From NCBI GenBank assembly GCA_043228905.1, contig JBHGNT010000012.1:372001-436000 (forward strand): a stretch of 64,000 nucleotides of DNA. The letters are read 5' to 3'. The translations under genes and the position numbers were made by a program. Each line of letters starts with the position of its first letter. Within the stretch, counting starts at the first letter, position 1. Below, one piece after another: positions 11,803 to 22,321 of this stretch. The notes below the pieces were generated by a model. The model ran no database searches, was not told where the DNA came from, and saw nothing but the letters and a program-made list of their open reading frames with translations. The stretch comes from Azolla caroliniana (Eukaryota; Plantae; Polypodiophyta).

Positions 11803-14800
11803 ATGGAAGGGAGCGTGAGTGGCTTTCCTGGGATGATTGCCTTGAACTCACAAAACTATTCAGATTGGAAGATCAAAATGGAAGATCTCCTAATAGTAAA
11901 AGACTTGTATGAGCCTATAGAAAACAAGGATATACCAAAGGGGGTAATAGATTCGGAGTGGAGAATCCTAAATAGGAAGGCAGTGGCGACCATAAGACAA
12001 TGTGTAGACATTAGTGTCCTACAACATGTAGCGAGTGACACAAATGCCTTCGAGCTATGGCATAAGCTTTCCGCTCTCTATGAAAGGAAAAATGCCTTAA
12101 ATAAGACCTTCTTGATGAGGAAGATAGTGAGACTGAAGTATGTAGACGGGGAGAGTATAGTAGAGCACATTAGTGCGTTTATGGGACTAGTGAATCAGTT
12201 AGCATCATCAAAGTTCCCATTAGATGATTGTATGCAGGCCACACTATTATTATGTACTCTACCCGATAGTTGGGAAAACCTAATAGTAACACTCAGCACT
12301 TCATGTAAAGAAGACAACTTATCCTTACAAGTAGTAAAAACGACTATTCTAAATGAAGAGACAAGAAGAAAGGATAAAAGTGCTTTATCTCAATCGGAGG
12401 CTAATGTGACCCAAGAATTTAGTAGAGGTAGAAGAGAACATAGAAGTCTAGAAAATGGGGATAGGTTTAGGTCGAAATCTAGAGGAAGACCTACATGTTT
12501 TTATTGTGGGAAGCCTGGTCACTTCCAAAAGAATTGTCGACACCTTAGGAAGGACAAAGGCATGGCTGATAAGATCGAACCTAGAAAAATCTCCGATGAT
12601 AAAAATACCTCAGCCATCGCAACTAGTGAGGAAGAAATGTTGTTCATATGTGAACAAGCTAGTGTGAATCTTGCAAGTGCTGAGAGCTCATGGGTAGTGG
12701 ATTCCGGTGCATCATTTCACCTAACTCCCAAAAGAGAATGTTTCTCATCCTACACAGCGGGTGACTATGGTCATGTAAAGATGGGAAATGACAGGGAATG
12801 CAAGATTGTGGGCATAGGAACTGTGTGCTTGCTAACATCTACAGGCTGCAGGTTAATGTTGAAGGATGTACGTCATGTTCCGGATGTCAGGTTGAACTTG
12901 ATATCGGCTGGACGGCTAGACGATGAAGGGTACAACGGTGGCTTCCAAAATGGTTAATGGAAGTTCTGTAAAGGGAGCCTGATCGTGGCTCGAGCCCAAA
13001 AACAGAACACACTATATGTAATGCATGGGAAGTTGTGTCGAGAGGAAGCAAATGTAGTGGCTGGCTCAGATGGTGAGTTGTGGCATAAAAGGCTCGGACA
13101 TATGAGTGAAAGGGGAATGCATATCCTTGCGGAAAAGGATTTCCTACCAGAGGTGAAAGGAGTGCATTTGGAAAAGTGTGTGGATTGCCTGGCTGGAAAA
13201 CAAAATAGAACAGCGTTTCACTCTAGGCCTCCAATGAGGAGAGAGCATGCCTTAGAGTTGGTTCACACCGATGTATGTTATGTTGATGCTCCATCTCATC
13301 GTGGAGGACAATACTTTGTCACATTTATTGATGACTTCAGTAGGAAAGTGTGGGCTTATGTGCTGGTGTCTAAAGACCAAGTGTTGTCGGTCTTTAAAGA
13401 GTTTCATGCCAGGGCAGAAAGAGAATCCGGACAGAAGCTGAAGGCTGTCCGGACAGATAACGGTGGCGAATATAGAGGCCAATTTGAGATGTATTGCAAG
13501 ACTCAAGGCATCAAACTTGAGTATACGGTGCCGAAGACACCTGAGCTAAATGGTCTAGCAGAAAGAATGAATCGAACCATAATGGAAAGGGTAAGAAGCA
13601 TGTTGGCACATGCAAAATTGCCAAAATCATATTGGGCTGAAGCAATGTTGACGGCTGTTTATCTCATAAACAGGTCTCCATCAGTGCCTTTGAAGGGGGA
13701 TGTACCACAAAGAGTGTGGACAAGAAGAAATGTGTCTTATCAGCACTTAAAGGTGTTTGGATGTTTGGCCTATGTACATGTTGCTAAAGATCAGAGGTCA
13801 AAACTGGACAGCAAGTCCAAACCTTGCATATTCTTGGGGTACTCGGAAGACGAGTTCGGGTACAGAATGTGGGATCTCCTTGACAAGAAAGTGATAAGAA
13901 GTCGAGATGTCATATTCATGGAAGACAAGACAATCGAGGACTGGGAGCAACAAAGACCAGAGTCGTCTCCCAAATCGATCATTGCTATGGAGTCAATACT
14001 AGTCGATCCGACTCCCACACAACAATCGGCTAATGAAATTGAATTTGAGTCGGTCGACACCGAACAACAATCTGAGTCGGTAGACACCCAACATCTGACT
14101 GATACACACGAATTGGAGTCGGAAGATGAGTTGCTGGAAGAAAACGGCCATCAGCCAATTATTGAAGGGAGAAGATATCCACGAAGACAAAGGAAGGTCT
14201 CTTCTAGATATCTAGCCAGTCAATATGTTCTCTTGACTGATGAAGGGGAACCAGAATGCTATGAAGAGGCCATGACTGATGTACACAAGGAGAAATGGTA
14301 TAATGCCATGCAAGAAGAAATGGATTCCTTGCATGAGAACCTAACTTATGAGCTAATGGAGTTGCCTGATGGTAAGAAGGCACTTAGAAACAAATGGGTC
14401 TACAAATTAAAGACTGGTGAAGATGGTAGTACACCCAGGTATAAGGCCCGTATCGTCGTAAAGGGTTTCCAACAGAAAAAGGGTGTTGACTTTGATGAGA
14501 TTTTTGCCCCAGTTGTAAAAATGACCTCTATTCGGACTATCTTGAGTATGGCCGCTAGTATGAATCTTGAAATTGAACAACTAGATGTTAAAACAGCCTT
14601 CTTGCATGGTGAGCTAGAAGAGGAAATCTATATGCAACAACCGGAGGGCTTTGAGGTAAAAGGAAAAGAAAATCTCGTGTGTAGGTTGAAGAAAAGCTTG
14701 TATGGTTTAAAGCAAGCTCCATGACAATGGTATAAGAAATTTGAGTCCTTCATGTTGGAACATGGATTCCACAAAACACAAGCTGATCATTGTGTATTTG

Positions 14801-15842
14801 TGAAAAGGTATAATGAGGGTGACTTTCTTATTCTGTTGTTGTATGTGGATGATATGTTGGTTGTTGGACAGGATGTCAAAAAGATTGCAAGCTTGAAGAA
14901 ATCATTGAGCAAATCATTTGCCATGAAAGACTTAGGACCGGCAAAACAGATTTTGGGAATGCATATAGTTCGGGACAGGACTGAAAACTTGCTATGGCTG
15001 TCACAAGAGAAATATGTGACAAAAGTTTTGCAAAGGTTTAATATGTGCGATGCAAAATCAGTCGGATCTCCATTGCCAATGGACTGTAAGTTAAATTCAG
15101 GACAATGTCCGAAATCTGAGAAAGATAAGGCAGAGATGAGAAGAGTGTCGTATGCCTCTGCGGTTGGTAGCCTTATGTATGCTATGGTTTGCACAAGGCC
15201 GGACATTGCATTTGCTGTCGGGACAGTTAGTCGATACATGGGAAATCCTGGAAGGGAGCATTGGGAAGTTGTGAAATGGATTCTTAGATACCTCAAAGGA
15301 ACTTCGAATGTATGTCTTTTAGATATGGCTCCGGGAAACCTGTGCTAGAAGGTTTTACAGATTCTGACATGTCGGGTGATGTAGATTCTAGCCGATCCAC
15401 ATCAGGGTATGTGATGACGTATTCAGGGGGAGCTGTGTCATGGCAATCAAGATTGCAAAAGGTTGTGGCTTTGTCTACCACCGAGGCTGAGTATATGGCT
15501 GCAGTGGAAGTCGGAAAAGAACTGATTTGGATGAGAGAGTTCTTGAATGAACTAGGATTGAAGCAAGACAAGTACTTACTTCATTGTGACAATCAAAGTG
15601 CTATCCATCTGGCTAAAAATGCTACCTACCACTCTCGTACAAAGCACATTCAAAGAAGGTACCATTGGTTAAGAGAAAGAGTGGAAGAAAATGAGTTTGT
15701 TCTATCTAAGATCCCCACTGAAGAAAATGGCTCAGACATGCTCACAAAAATTTTGCCTATGGAAAAACTTGTTGCATGCCGGAATAAGATTGGCTTGGTT
15801 GGTTCTCCCCCTACAGGAGTGAAGGGGGAGTTTGTTGTGTAA
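11803..15842 (+). pseudogene. gag-pol: Copia gag-pol polyprotein, disrupted
   Basis: Zinc knuckle CFYCGKPGHFQKNC, protease WVVDSGAS, integrase (WHKRLGH..CVDC; HTDV, RTDNGGE, LAERMNR), RT LLYVDDML, RNase H (FTDSD, STTEAEY, CDNQSAI). In-frame stops TAA 12955-12957 and TGA 14722-14724 (AP*QW where APRQW is expected), plus a frameshift in the T run near 15317-15320. Confidence 0.93.
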
Positions 15843-16648
15843 AGGCGTCCCTCCTTGCGAGGGAGTCGGCCGAAAAGTCGACTTGAGTGTCGACTGGTCG
15901 AAATCGGCCGAAAAGCCGAAAAGAGTCGAATTACTGAAATCGGCCGAAAAACCGAATTACCGAATTTGGTCGAAATTCGGAAAGTAAAAGAATAGTCAGT
16001 TGCGAAGAACCGAATCGGGGGTTAGCTGATCGAATTCGATGAGAGAGTCAAATTTGTATTCAGTCGAATAAACACACATATACATATACATATGTCTTCT
16101 ACATTCAAAGAAGAAAATGACTTAGTATATATATGCTGACAAGCCTGGTAGTGCGCCTGTATGCGGGATAACTCACTAAGAGTGAAATAGTGAGAAAAGG
16201 GGAAAACCTACATAGCGTATGTGAGGGTGTGAGATATATATATATATGAGAGAAAAATGAATTGTGTGTGTGTGGTAAATCTGAGAACGACTGGTTTTCT
16301 GCACAGTAGTGGCTGTGTAAGAGTATACGTACTCAGAAGCTAAGTAAGAAGAAAAGAAGTGTGAAGCAAAAGAGAAAAAGACAGAGAAGCTTCGGAAGCT
16401 TCAGAAGGAATAGTCACCTGCGTGCTAGAGTTTGAAGAGCTTGATTGAAATCGTGGTTTCAGTACATGCTCATACCAAATCAGGTTTCATTGTTCTGTGA
16501 TTGTATTCTGTCATTTCTCATAGTGAAAGCTCTGTTCCGTGGTTTTTTCCCTAAATCAGGGTTTTCCACGTAAATTGTGTGTTCTTTCTTATTTCTTGTT
16601 TGCGTCTAAGTTCAATTTCTGATTTCGAATCGGAGTGAAACTCTTTCA
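15833..16648 (+). repeat. 3' LTR of copia element (816 bp)
   Basis: Follows the PPT; TG...CA; followed by TSD AGGAG. Confidence 0.95.
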
Positions 16649-16927
16649 AGGAGGGAGGTATAAGTGCACTCGTCACCCCCCTCTATATAAGAGGCAAAGA
16701 AGAATGTAAAGAGAGAGAGAGAGAAAGAAAGAAATATTAACGTCTTCTAAAACCAAATTTGGCCCATGAGACAATTGGTTACAACAAAATGGGATGCATA
16801 CCCAATCATTGAAAATAAAGATAAAAGTATGGTATGAACAATGTTATGGTGTAACCTATTTTATAAAGGAAATGGCTATATATTAGGACTACTTTTATTT
16901 CCATCTAAGTTTCTCGAAAGGAGCGGG

Positions 16928-17031
16928 TGTCATGAACAGTACTGAGACAGAGAAGGAATTAGTACTAAACGAAGGATTAGTACTATGAGAGGTGTGGAAC
17001 TTCTTCGAGAGAAGGAAGAAGTGAGCGAGAC

Positions 17032-17063
<32 letters not shown>

Positions 17064-17365
17064 TGAGTGATGATAAGAAAGATATTTATTATATGAAGAG
17101 AATATACAACGGTGGCTAAAAGGCTTAAGACTGGCGTTGAACCAATTTGATTCAACATAATGCCTAGTGCCCTCTTTTATAGTGTTTTCAGGAGTAATCC
17201 TGAAGCTTCTAGAATGTTCCAGAGAAATCTGGAATATACACTAATTTCCTATAATAAAATGTAAATGAAAATAATATCCTACGTATTACAATAGATGTTC
17301 TAATGGTCAAGAGCTCGACCCATATAACCTAAGGTCATGGGTTCGAGTCTTGCCATATCATGACA
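16928..17365 (-). repeat. 3' LTR of gypsy element (438 bp)
   Basis: Identical by eye to 22167-22616 except in the GA microsatellite: (GA)11GTGAGT versus (GA)19GT. AATAAA on the minus strand at 17085-17090. Confidence 0.95.
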
Positions 17366-20300
17366 CTATCCCCCCTTTAAAACGACGAGTGTCACGAGTC
17401 GTCTTGGATTGAGGACTCGGTTTGTGTGGATATTGACGATGGAAGTCTTCAAGAAGAGCACGAGCATTGGTTACATTCTCGATCGGTTCCCAAGTACCTT
17501 CGCTGGGACTATAGCCTAGCCAATCGACTAGATAGTAGAGCTTGTTGCGAACAATCTTGGAATCAAGAATGGCGGCAACCTCGTACTCCGGCCCATCTTC
17601 AAGCTCGATCGGGGGTGGAGGTTGGATAAGACGTTCTGGGATGGTGCTCTCGTGGTAGGGTTCGAAGAGAGAACTATGAAACACCGGATGTATCCGAAGT
17701 TGAGGAGGTAGATCGAGACGAAAAGCAACATCATTAATCTTTCCAATAATACGGAAAGGACCTAATCGCCGATAATCCAACTTCTCACATGGGCGAGTAG
17801 TCTTGATGTGTCGTCGTAGCAACCACACCCGATCTCCAATATTAAAACTAGATGGAAGTCGATGACGATCCGCGTAGACCTTGTGTGTTTGTTGAGCTTG
17901 CTGGAGATGAGTAGATAAATCCGCTTGTATCTTGCGTAACCGCTCCAAACGATCCTCCGCGCACGGATTTGTGGACACCTCTGGGGTTTCAAGTACACTC
18001 CACCGGGGGTGACATCCCGTATAAGCATAAAATGGCGTAACTTTAGTGGATGCGTGGATAGAGTTGTTATAGGCAAATTCGGCGAAGTGGAGAATATCTG
18101 TCCAGTCGTCCTGATGATAGCTGAGAAAACACCGCAGATACTGCTCCAACGTTTGATTTGTTCGTTCAGCTTGGCCGTCAGTTTGTGGGTGGTAGCCGGA
18201 AGAGAGGTTACAAGTGACCTTGAGCATGTTAAAAAGGTGCTTCCAGAATTTTGACACGAACTGGGGTCCACGGTCGCTGATGATACTATCGGGGAGTCCA
18301 TGATGCCGACATACTTCACGCATGACAATTTCAGCAGTGTCTTCACTGGAGATCTCCTTAGTACATGGCAAGAAATGAGCCATCTTCGTATATCGATCGA
18401 CCACCGTTAGAATCGCATTGAACCCCTTAGAGACTGGAAGATCTGTGATGAAGTCTAGAGCAATGGATTGCCACGGCTTGCTTGGAATTGATAATGGTTC
18501 TAATAAACCATATGGATGATGCCTTGGCATTTTCGCTCTGCAACATGTATCACAAGTCCGAACAAAATCCTCGACAAATTGTCGCATACAGGGCCACCAG
18601 AATGATCGTTGTACTAAATGTAATGTTTTAGTACTACCAAAATGCCCAGCTGTATATGTGTCATGACAGTTTTGTACTACTCGAAGGCGGCAAGAACCAT
18701 TAGGAACATACAAAAGTTCTTTAAAGAAGAGTAATCCATCATGGTATTTGAATTGCCGATAGTCCGTACCTGGTGGTTGGGACTGTGAACACGACGCTCG
18801 AGAGGGATCAATTTGTGCTAGTATAGCTTGGGCGAACGCATCTGTCTTCAAGTCTTCACGTATGGTATCGATAACGCGGGAATCCATAGGCATGTCAAAG
18901 ATTTGTGTTGCTTGTAATCGTGCCGGTCCCAAGATGACTTGTTTTTGGTTATCGAAAGCTGGCTCGCCGGGACGGGGTGCTAGATACGAACGCCGTGATA
19001 ATGCATCTGCCTTCCCTTGGTGCCTCCCCGGACGATATGTAATTTTGAAGTCGAAACGCGTGAGGAAGTGGGCCCACCGAGCTTGACGTCGATTCAACAC
19101 ACGAGCATCCTGAAAGTAGGCAAGATTCTTGTGGTCACTAAATACGGTGACTGGATGAGAGGATCCCTCCAGAAAATGCCTCCATTGCATAAAAGAATCC
19201 ACTATTGCCAATAGCTCCTTATCATGGATTTCGTAGTTGATTTCGGCGGCATCAAACTTGCGTGAGTGAAAAGCCACAGGATGTAGCTTTTCATCATTCC
19301 CCTGTTGTGACAGAATGCTCCCCAATGCAAAATCCGATGCGTCAGCTTCGATAATGAATGGTTTCTCCGGATCGACATGAGCTAGAATTGGAGCCGATGT
19401 AAATGCTTTTTTAAGACTCTCGAAAGCCATGTCCGTTTCTTCAGACCAGGTGAACGGTTGTCCCTTCCTGGTAAGTTGTGTGAGAGGTAGAACGATCTTT
19501 GAGTAATCCTGTATGAACTTCCGGTAAAAATTGGCAAAGCCTAAGAAGCATTGCACATCCCGTACCGAACGCGGAGTCTGCCATTCTACCACCGTTCTGA
19601 CCTTAGCTGGGTCCATGGAGATGCCTTCTGACGAAATGATGTAGCCGAGAAATTCCACTTGGTTGCACCCGAAACTACATTTTTCTAGCTTTGCATACAG
19701 ACCATGTTCTCGAAGTCGTTTTAGTACTAATAGTACATGAGAATCATGTTCTTCTTGGGTCTTTGAATAAACCAGTAGATCATCCAAATAGATGATCAAA
19801 CAATCATCCAATAGATCTCGGAATATATCATTAGCCATGTGCTGGAAGACTGTCGGCGCATTAGTGAGGCCGAACGGCATGACAGTATACTCGAAGTGCC
19901 CATATCTGGTGCGAAACGCGGTCTTCCATTCGTCTCCTGGTCGGATCCATACGAGGTTATATGCTCCCCGTAAGTCGATCTTCGTGAAGAACCTGGCACC
20001 ATTGATCCGTTCTAAAAGACTTGAGATAAGGGGAAGAGCATACCTATTCCTGATTGTAACCTTATTCAAGCCACGATAATCTACAACGAGACGAAGCGAT
20101 CCATCTTTTTTCTTGACGAAGAAAATGGGCGCACCGGCTGGAGATTTCGAATGCCGAATGAAACCATTTTCCAAATTCTCCTCTATATAGGCCCGAAGGA
20201 CTTCCAGCTCGGTTGGTGACAAATTGTAGATCGGTCCCCATGGCGGCTCTTTTCCCGGTTGTAAATCGATGGGGCAATCGTACGGTCGATGATGAGGAAG

Positions 20301-20948
20301 TGTGTTGGCTTGTACTTTATCGAACACATCGGTGTAATGGCGATACTTCTCGGGAAGTTGAACGGTGGATTCTTCTTTAGTGGTGTTGGAGGGGTTTACT
20401 GATATTGCAAAGAGGAACATTTCCTCCTTGTGCCCTTCTTTACGCAACTGACGTAGCGAAATGGTTGCCATCTTCTGAGTTGACCCTTGGGTTTGTCGAC
20501 ACCGGATTTCTCTTGTTCTCCAATCTATGTCAGGGTTATGTAACTCGAACCACGGTAGTCCTAAAACTATAGGATGTTCTGGGATACTAATAATATTAAA
20601 TGATACTACACATACTAAGTTATCTAGGACAATATTAATGGGCTCTGACTCTTCTAGGATATTTCCGGAAGCAATGGGACGTCCATCAATGACTACTACA
20701 GAGGCTGGACACTGGAGTTTTCTTAGGGATATCTTATGAGCTTGAGCAAATTTCTTATCCATAAAGCAAGAGTTAGCTCCGGAATCTAGGAGTGCTAGGA
20801 CATGTACTGGAGGGGTACTTTTAGTACTAACTATTACTTGGGCTACGAACACATCACTAACTTGCTTAGAGGGAATGGAACCACTAATGGGCTGCACAGA
20901 TCTAGGGCTGTCCAACCAAACGGCTCCTATTTTGGCTGGACTTAGTCG
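17358..20948 (-). CDS. pol: Gypsy Pol (PR-RT-RNase H-integrase-chromodomain), expressed in the -1 frame relative to gag
   Basis: Protease LLDSGANS; RT LRLVVDYRGLN, MPFGLTNAP, YLDDLLVYS; RNase H EADASD, DKELLAI, FSDHKNL; integrase H..H..C..C, ALDFI, SDRGPQF, QAERTNQ, GPF motif; C-terminal chromodomain YEVAAILDSK...YLVDWLGYSPSEGTWEP. The frame is open from the slippery site (RLSPAKIGAVWLDSPR...) to TGA at 17358-17360. Confidence 0.93.
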   Translation of the reverse strand, partial: RLSPAKIGAVWLDSPRSVQPISGSIPSKQVSDVFVAQVIVSTKSTPPVHVLALLDSGANSCFMDKKFAQAHKISLRKLQCPASVVVIDGRPIASGNILEESEPINIVLDNLVCVVSFNIISIPEHPIVLGLPWFELHNPDIDWRTREIRCRQTQGSTQKMATISLRQLRKEGHKEEMFLFAISVNPSNTTKEESTVQLPEKYRHYTDVFDKVQANTLPHHRPYDCPIDLQPGKEPPWGPIYNLSPTELEVLRAYIEENLENGFIRHSKSPAGAPIFFVKKKDGSLRLVVDYRGLNKVTIRNRYALPLISSLLERINGARFFTKIDLRGAYNLVWIRPGDEWKTAFRTRYGHFEYTVMPFGLTNAPTVFQHMANDIFRDLLDDCLIIYLDDLLVYSKTQEEHDSHVLLVLKRLREHGLYAKLEKCSFGCNQVEFLGYIISSEGISMDPAKVRTVVEWQTPRSVRDVQCFLGFANFYRKFIQDYSKIVLPLTQLTRKGQPFTWSEETDMAFESLKKAFTSAPILAHVDPEKPFIIEADASDFALGSILSQQGNDEKLHPVAFHSRKFDAAEINYEIHDKELLAIVDSFMQWRHFLEGSSHPVTVFSDHKNLAYFQDARVLNRRQARWAHFLTRFDFKITYRPGRHQGKADALSRRSYLAPRPGEPAFDNQKQVILGPARLQATQIFDMPMDSRVIDTIREDLKTDAFAQAILAQIDPSRASCSQSQPPGTDYRQFKYHDGLLFFKELLYVPNGSCRLRVVQNCHDTYTAGHFGSTKTLHLVQRSFWWPCMRQFVEDFVRTCDTCCRAKMPRHHPYGLLEPLSIPSKPWQSIALDFITDLPVSKGFNAILTVVDRYTKMAHFLPCTKEISSEDTAEIVMREVCRHHGLPDSIISDRGPQFVSKFWKHLFNMLKVTCNLSSGYHPQTDGQAERTNQTLEQYLRCFLSYHQDDWTDILHFAEFAYNNSIHASTKVTPFYAYTGCHPRWSVLETPEVSTNPCAEDRLERLRKIQADLSTHLQQAQQTHKVYADRHRLPSSFNIGDRVWLLRRHIKTTRPCEKLDYRRLGPFRIIGKINDVAFRLDLPPQLRIHPVFHSSLFEPYHESTIPERLIQPPPPIELEDGPEYEVAAILDSKIVRNKLYYLVDWLGYSPSEGTWEPIENVTNARALLEDFHRQYPHKPSPQSKTTRDTRRFKGGIVS

Positions 20949-20954
20949 TTTAAC
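20903..20954 (-). promoter_or_regulatory. Predicted -1 programmed ribosomal frameshift signal at the gag/pol junction
   Basis: Slippery G_TTA_AAC (plus 20948-20954) in the gag frame, 6-nt spacer, 11-bp stem GTCCAGCCAAA/TTTGGTTGGAC. Loop TAGGAGC can pair with downstream GCCCTA. Confidence 0.8.
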
Positions 20955-22093
20955 TCTTCTTCTAACTGACTAAGGACATCAAATTTGTTTGCTAGATCTG
21001 GGATATTAGTACTATTAGGACTATCAGATATCCCTACTGAAATAGGTTCGGATTTAGTACAATTAGAACTAGCGACTATTTGGTTTACCTGTCTTCTTGG
21101 CCTATGGGGGCAATTTATTGCGATATGTCCTGGTCCACCGCAGTAAAGACATAGTCGATTTGTACGGCGTCGTTGCTTTTCTTCTTCGGATAATGGCCCT
21201 CGACGACGTGTAGTGTCAATCTCCATCGGAGTCGGAGTATTCGCTGGAGACGCATTATATGACTCCCTCGGAAAAGGTCTTGCTACCACTGAGGCGTAGG
21301 TGGGCTCTGATCTTGCCCTCGGCATCTGTAGCTGTCGTTCCGAACGTCGCTCAAAGAGGCGGTTGTCACATCTCACCGCGCGACTGATTGCTTCTGTTAA
21401 GGACTTTGGCTCTTCGGGGAAGGTCAAGAGTAAATCCTTGACGTCGTTGCGTAAACCATAACGGAATTGCTCCATCAACGCTTGATCATCCCAAGGGATA
21501 TCGGCGGCGAGTAGGCGAAAATCTGCAGCGTATGCGGAGGCTGGACGGTCACCTTGGCGTAATCGCCGGATCTTGTTGATTGCGGTCCTAATGCTGTCAG
21601 TATCTCCGAAACATGCTTTAAACTCACCTAGAAACTCTTCAAAATTGTTGAGTAATGGAGATTCCTTTTCTAATAGTGGAGCGAACCATGACAACGCTGA
21701 GCCACTTAACAAAGTGCCTACTAAACCCACTCGTGATGCATCGGTGGGATATCGGGAAGGATGCATTTGAATAACTAATCGTACCTGGTTAAGGAACCCT
21801 CTAAACTGCGATCGCGTTCCATCGAACTTCGTGGGAAGGCCAATCTTAGGTTCTTTATGAATCCCTTGTGTTCCGGGCCCATGTTGTTGCATCGCTACGA
21901 TGGTGGCTTCGAGTTGTTGCACGCGTAACGCAAGTTCCCCATGTTGTTGTTGCGTTTGCTGCTTTTCTAAGGAGATTTGCTGAAGATCCCCCAGCAACCG
22001 TTGGTTTTCTTGTTCCAAAGCATGGAACTTCTCCTTCAAGCATTGGAATTCCGAGAAAACAGAGTGATATTCTTCAGCGCTAACAGTGGCCAT
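20942..22093 (-). CDS. gag: Gypsy Gag (383 aa): N-terminal coiled coil, capsid, CCHC knuckle
   Basis: PTKFDG..., LRQGDRPASAYAADFRLLA, FRYGLRNDVKD, PTPMEID, CLYCGGPGHIAINC; no disruptions. Confidence 0.93.
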   Translation of the reverse strand: MATVSAEEYHSVFSEFQCLKEKFHALEQENQRLLGDLQQISLEKQQTQQQHGELALRVQQLEATIVAMQQHGPGTQGIHKEPKIGLPTKFDGTRSQFRGFLNQVRLVIQMHPSRYPTDASRVGLVGTLLSGSALSWFAPLLEKESPLLNNFEEFLGEFKACFGDTDSIRTAINKIRRLRQGDRPASAYAADFRLLAADIPWDDQALMEQFRYGLRNDVKDLLLTFPEEPKSLTEAISRAVRCDNRLFERRSERQLQMPRARSEPTYASVVARPFPRESYNASPANTPTPMEIDTTRRRGPLSEEEKQRRRTNRLCLYCGGPGHIAINCPHRPRRQVNQIVASSNCTKSEPISVGISDSPNSTNIPDLANKFDVLSQLEEELND

Positions 22094-22152
22094 GGGATGA
22101 AAGAAAAGAGGAATAAAAGATTAGTAGGAAATGAGAGAGACAGAAGGTAGGA

Positions 22153-22164
22153 AAATTGGTTCAA
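22153..22164 (-). promoter_or_regulatory. Non-tRNA (self-priming) primer-binding site
   Basis: Sense sequence after the 5' LTR is GT-TTGAACCAATTT with no TGG. It is the exact reverse complement of AAATTGGTTCAA at 22388-22399 (sense) in the LTR. Confidence 0.82.
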
Positions 22165-22166
22165 AC

Positions 22167-22270
22167 TGTCATGAACAGTACTGAGACAGAGAAGGAATTA
22201 GTACTAAACGAAGGATTAGTACTATGAGAGGTGTGGAACTTCTTCGAGAGAAGGAAGAAGTGAGCGAGAC

Positions 22271-22321
<51 letters not shown>

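Larger units (their letters stand above)
11001..16648 (+). mobile_element. Ty1/copia LTR retrotransposon (Tork/Tto1-like), full length but coding-disabled
   Basis: LTRs 11001-11776 and 15833-16648, both TG...CA. 5-bp TSD AGGAG (10996-11000, 16649-16653). PBS TGGTATCAGAGC (tRNA-iMet) at 11780-11791; PPT GAAGGGGGAG at 15821-15830. Domain order gag-PR-INT-RT-RH. Confidence 0.96.

Noticed and set aside
16654-16922. Gypsy element nested inside the copia element
   Set aside because: Each element has its own complete TSD and they are separated by about 270 bp of other sequence; they are adjacent, not nested.
17289-17360. Functional tRNA gene inside the gypsy LTR
   Set aside because: A/B-box spacing is tRNA-like, but acceptor and anticodon stems do not pair and the T stem is weak. 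Reported only as a tRNA-like cassette.
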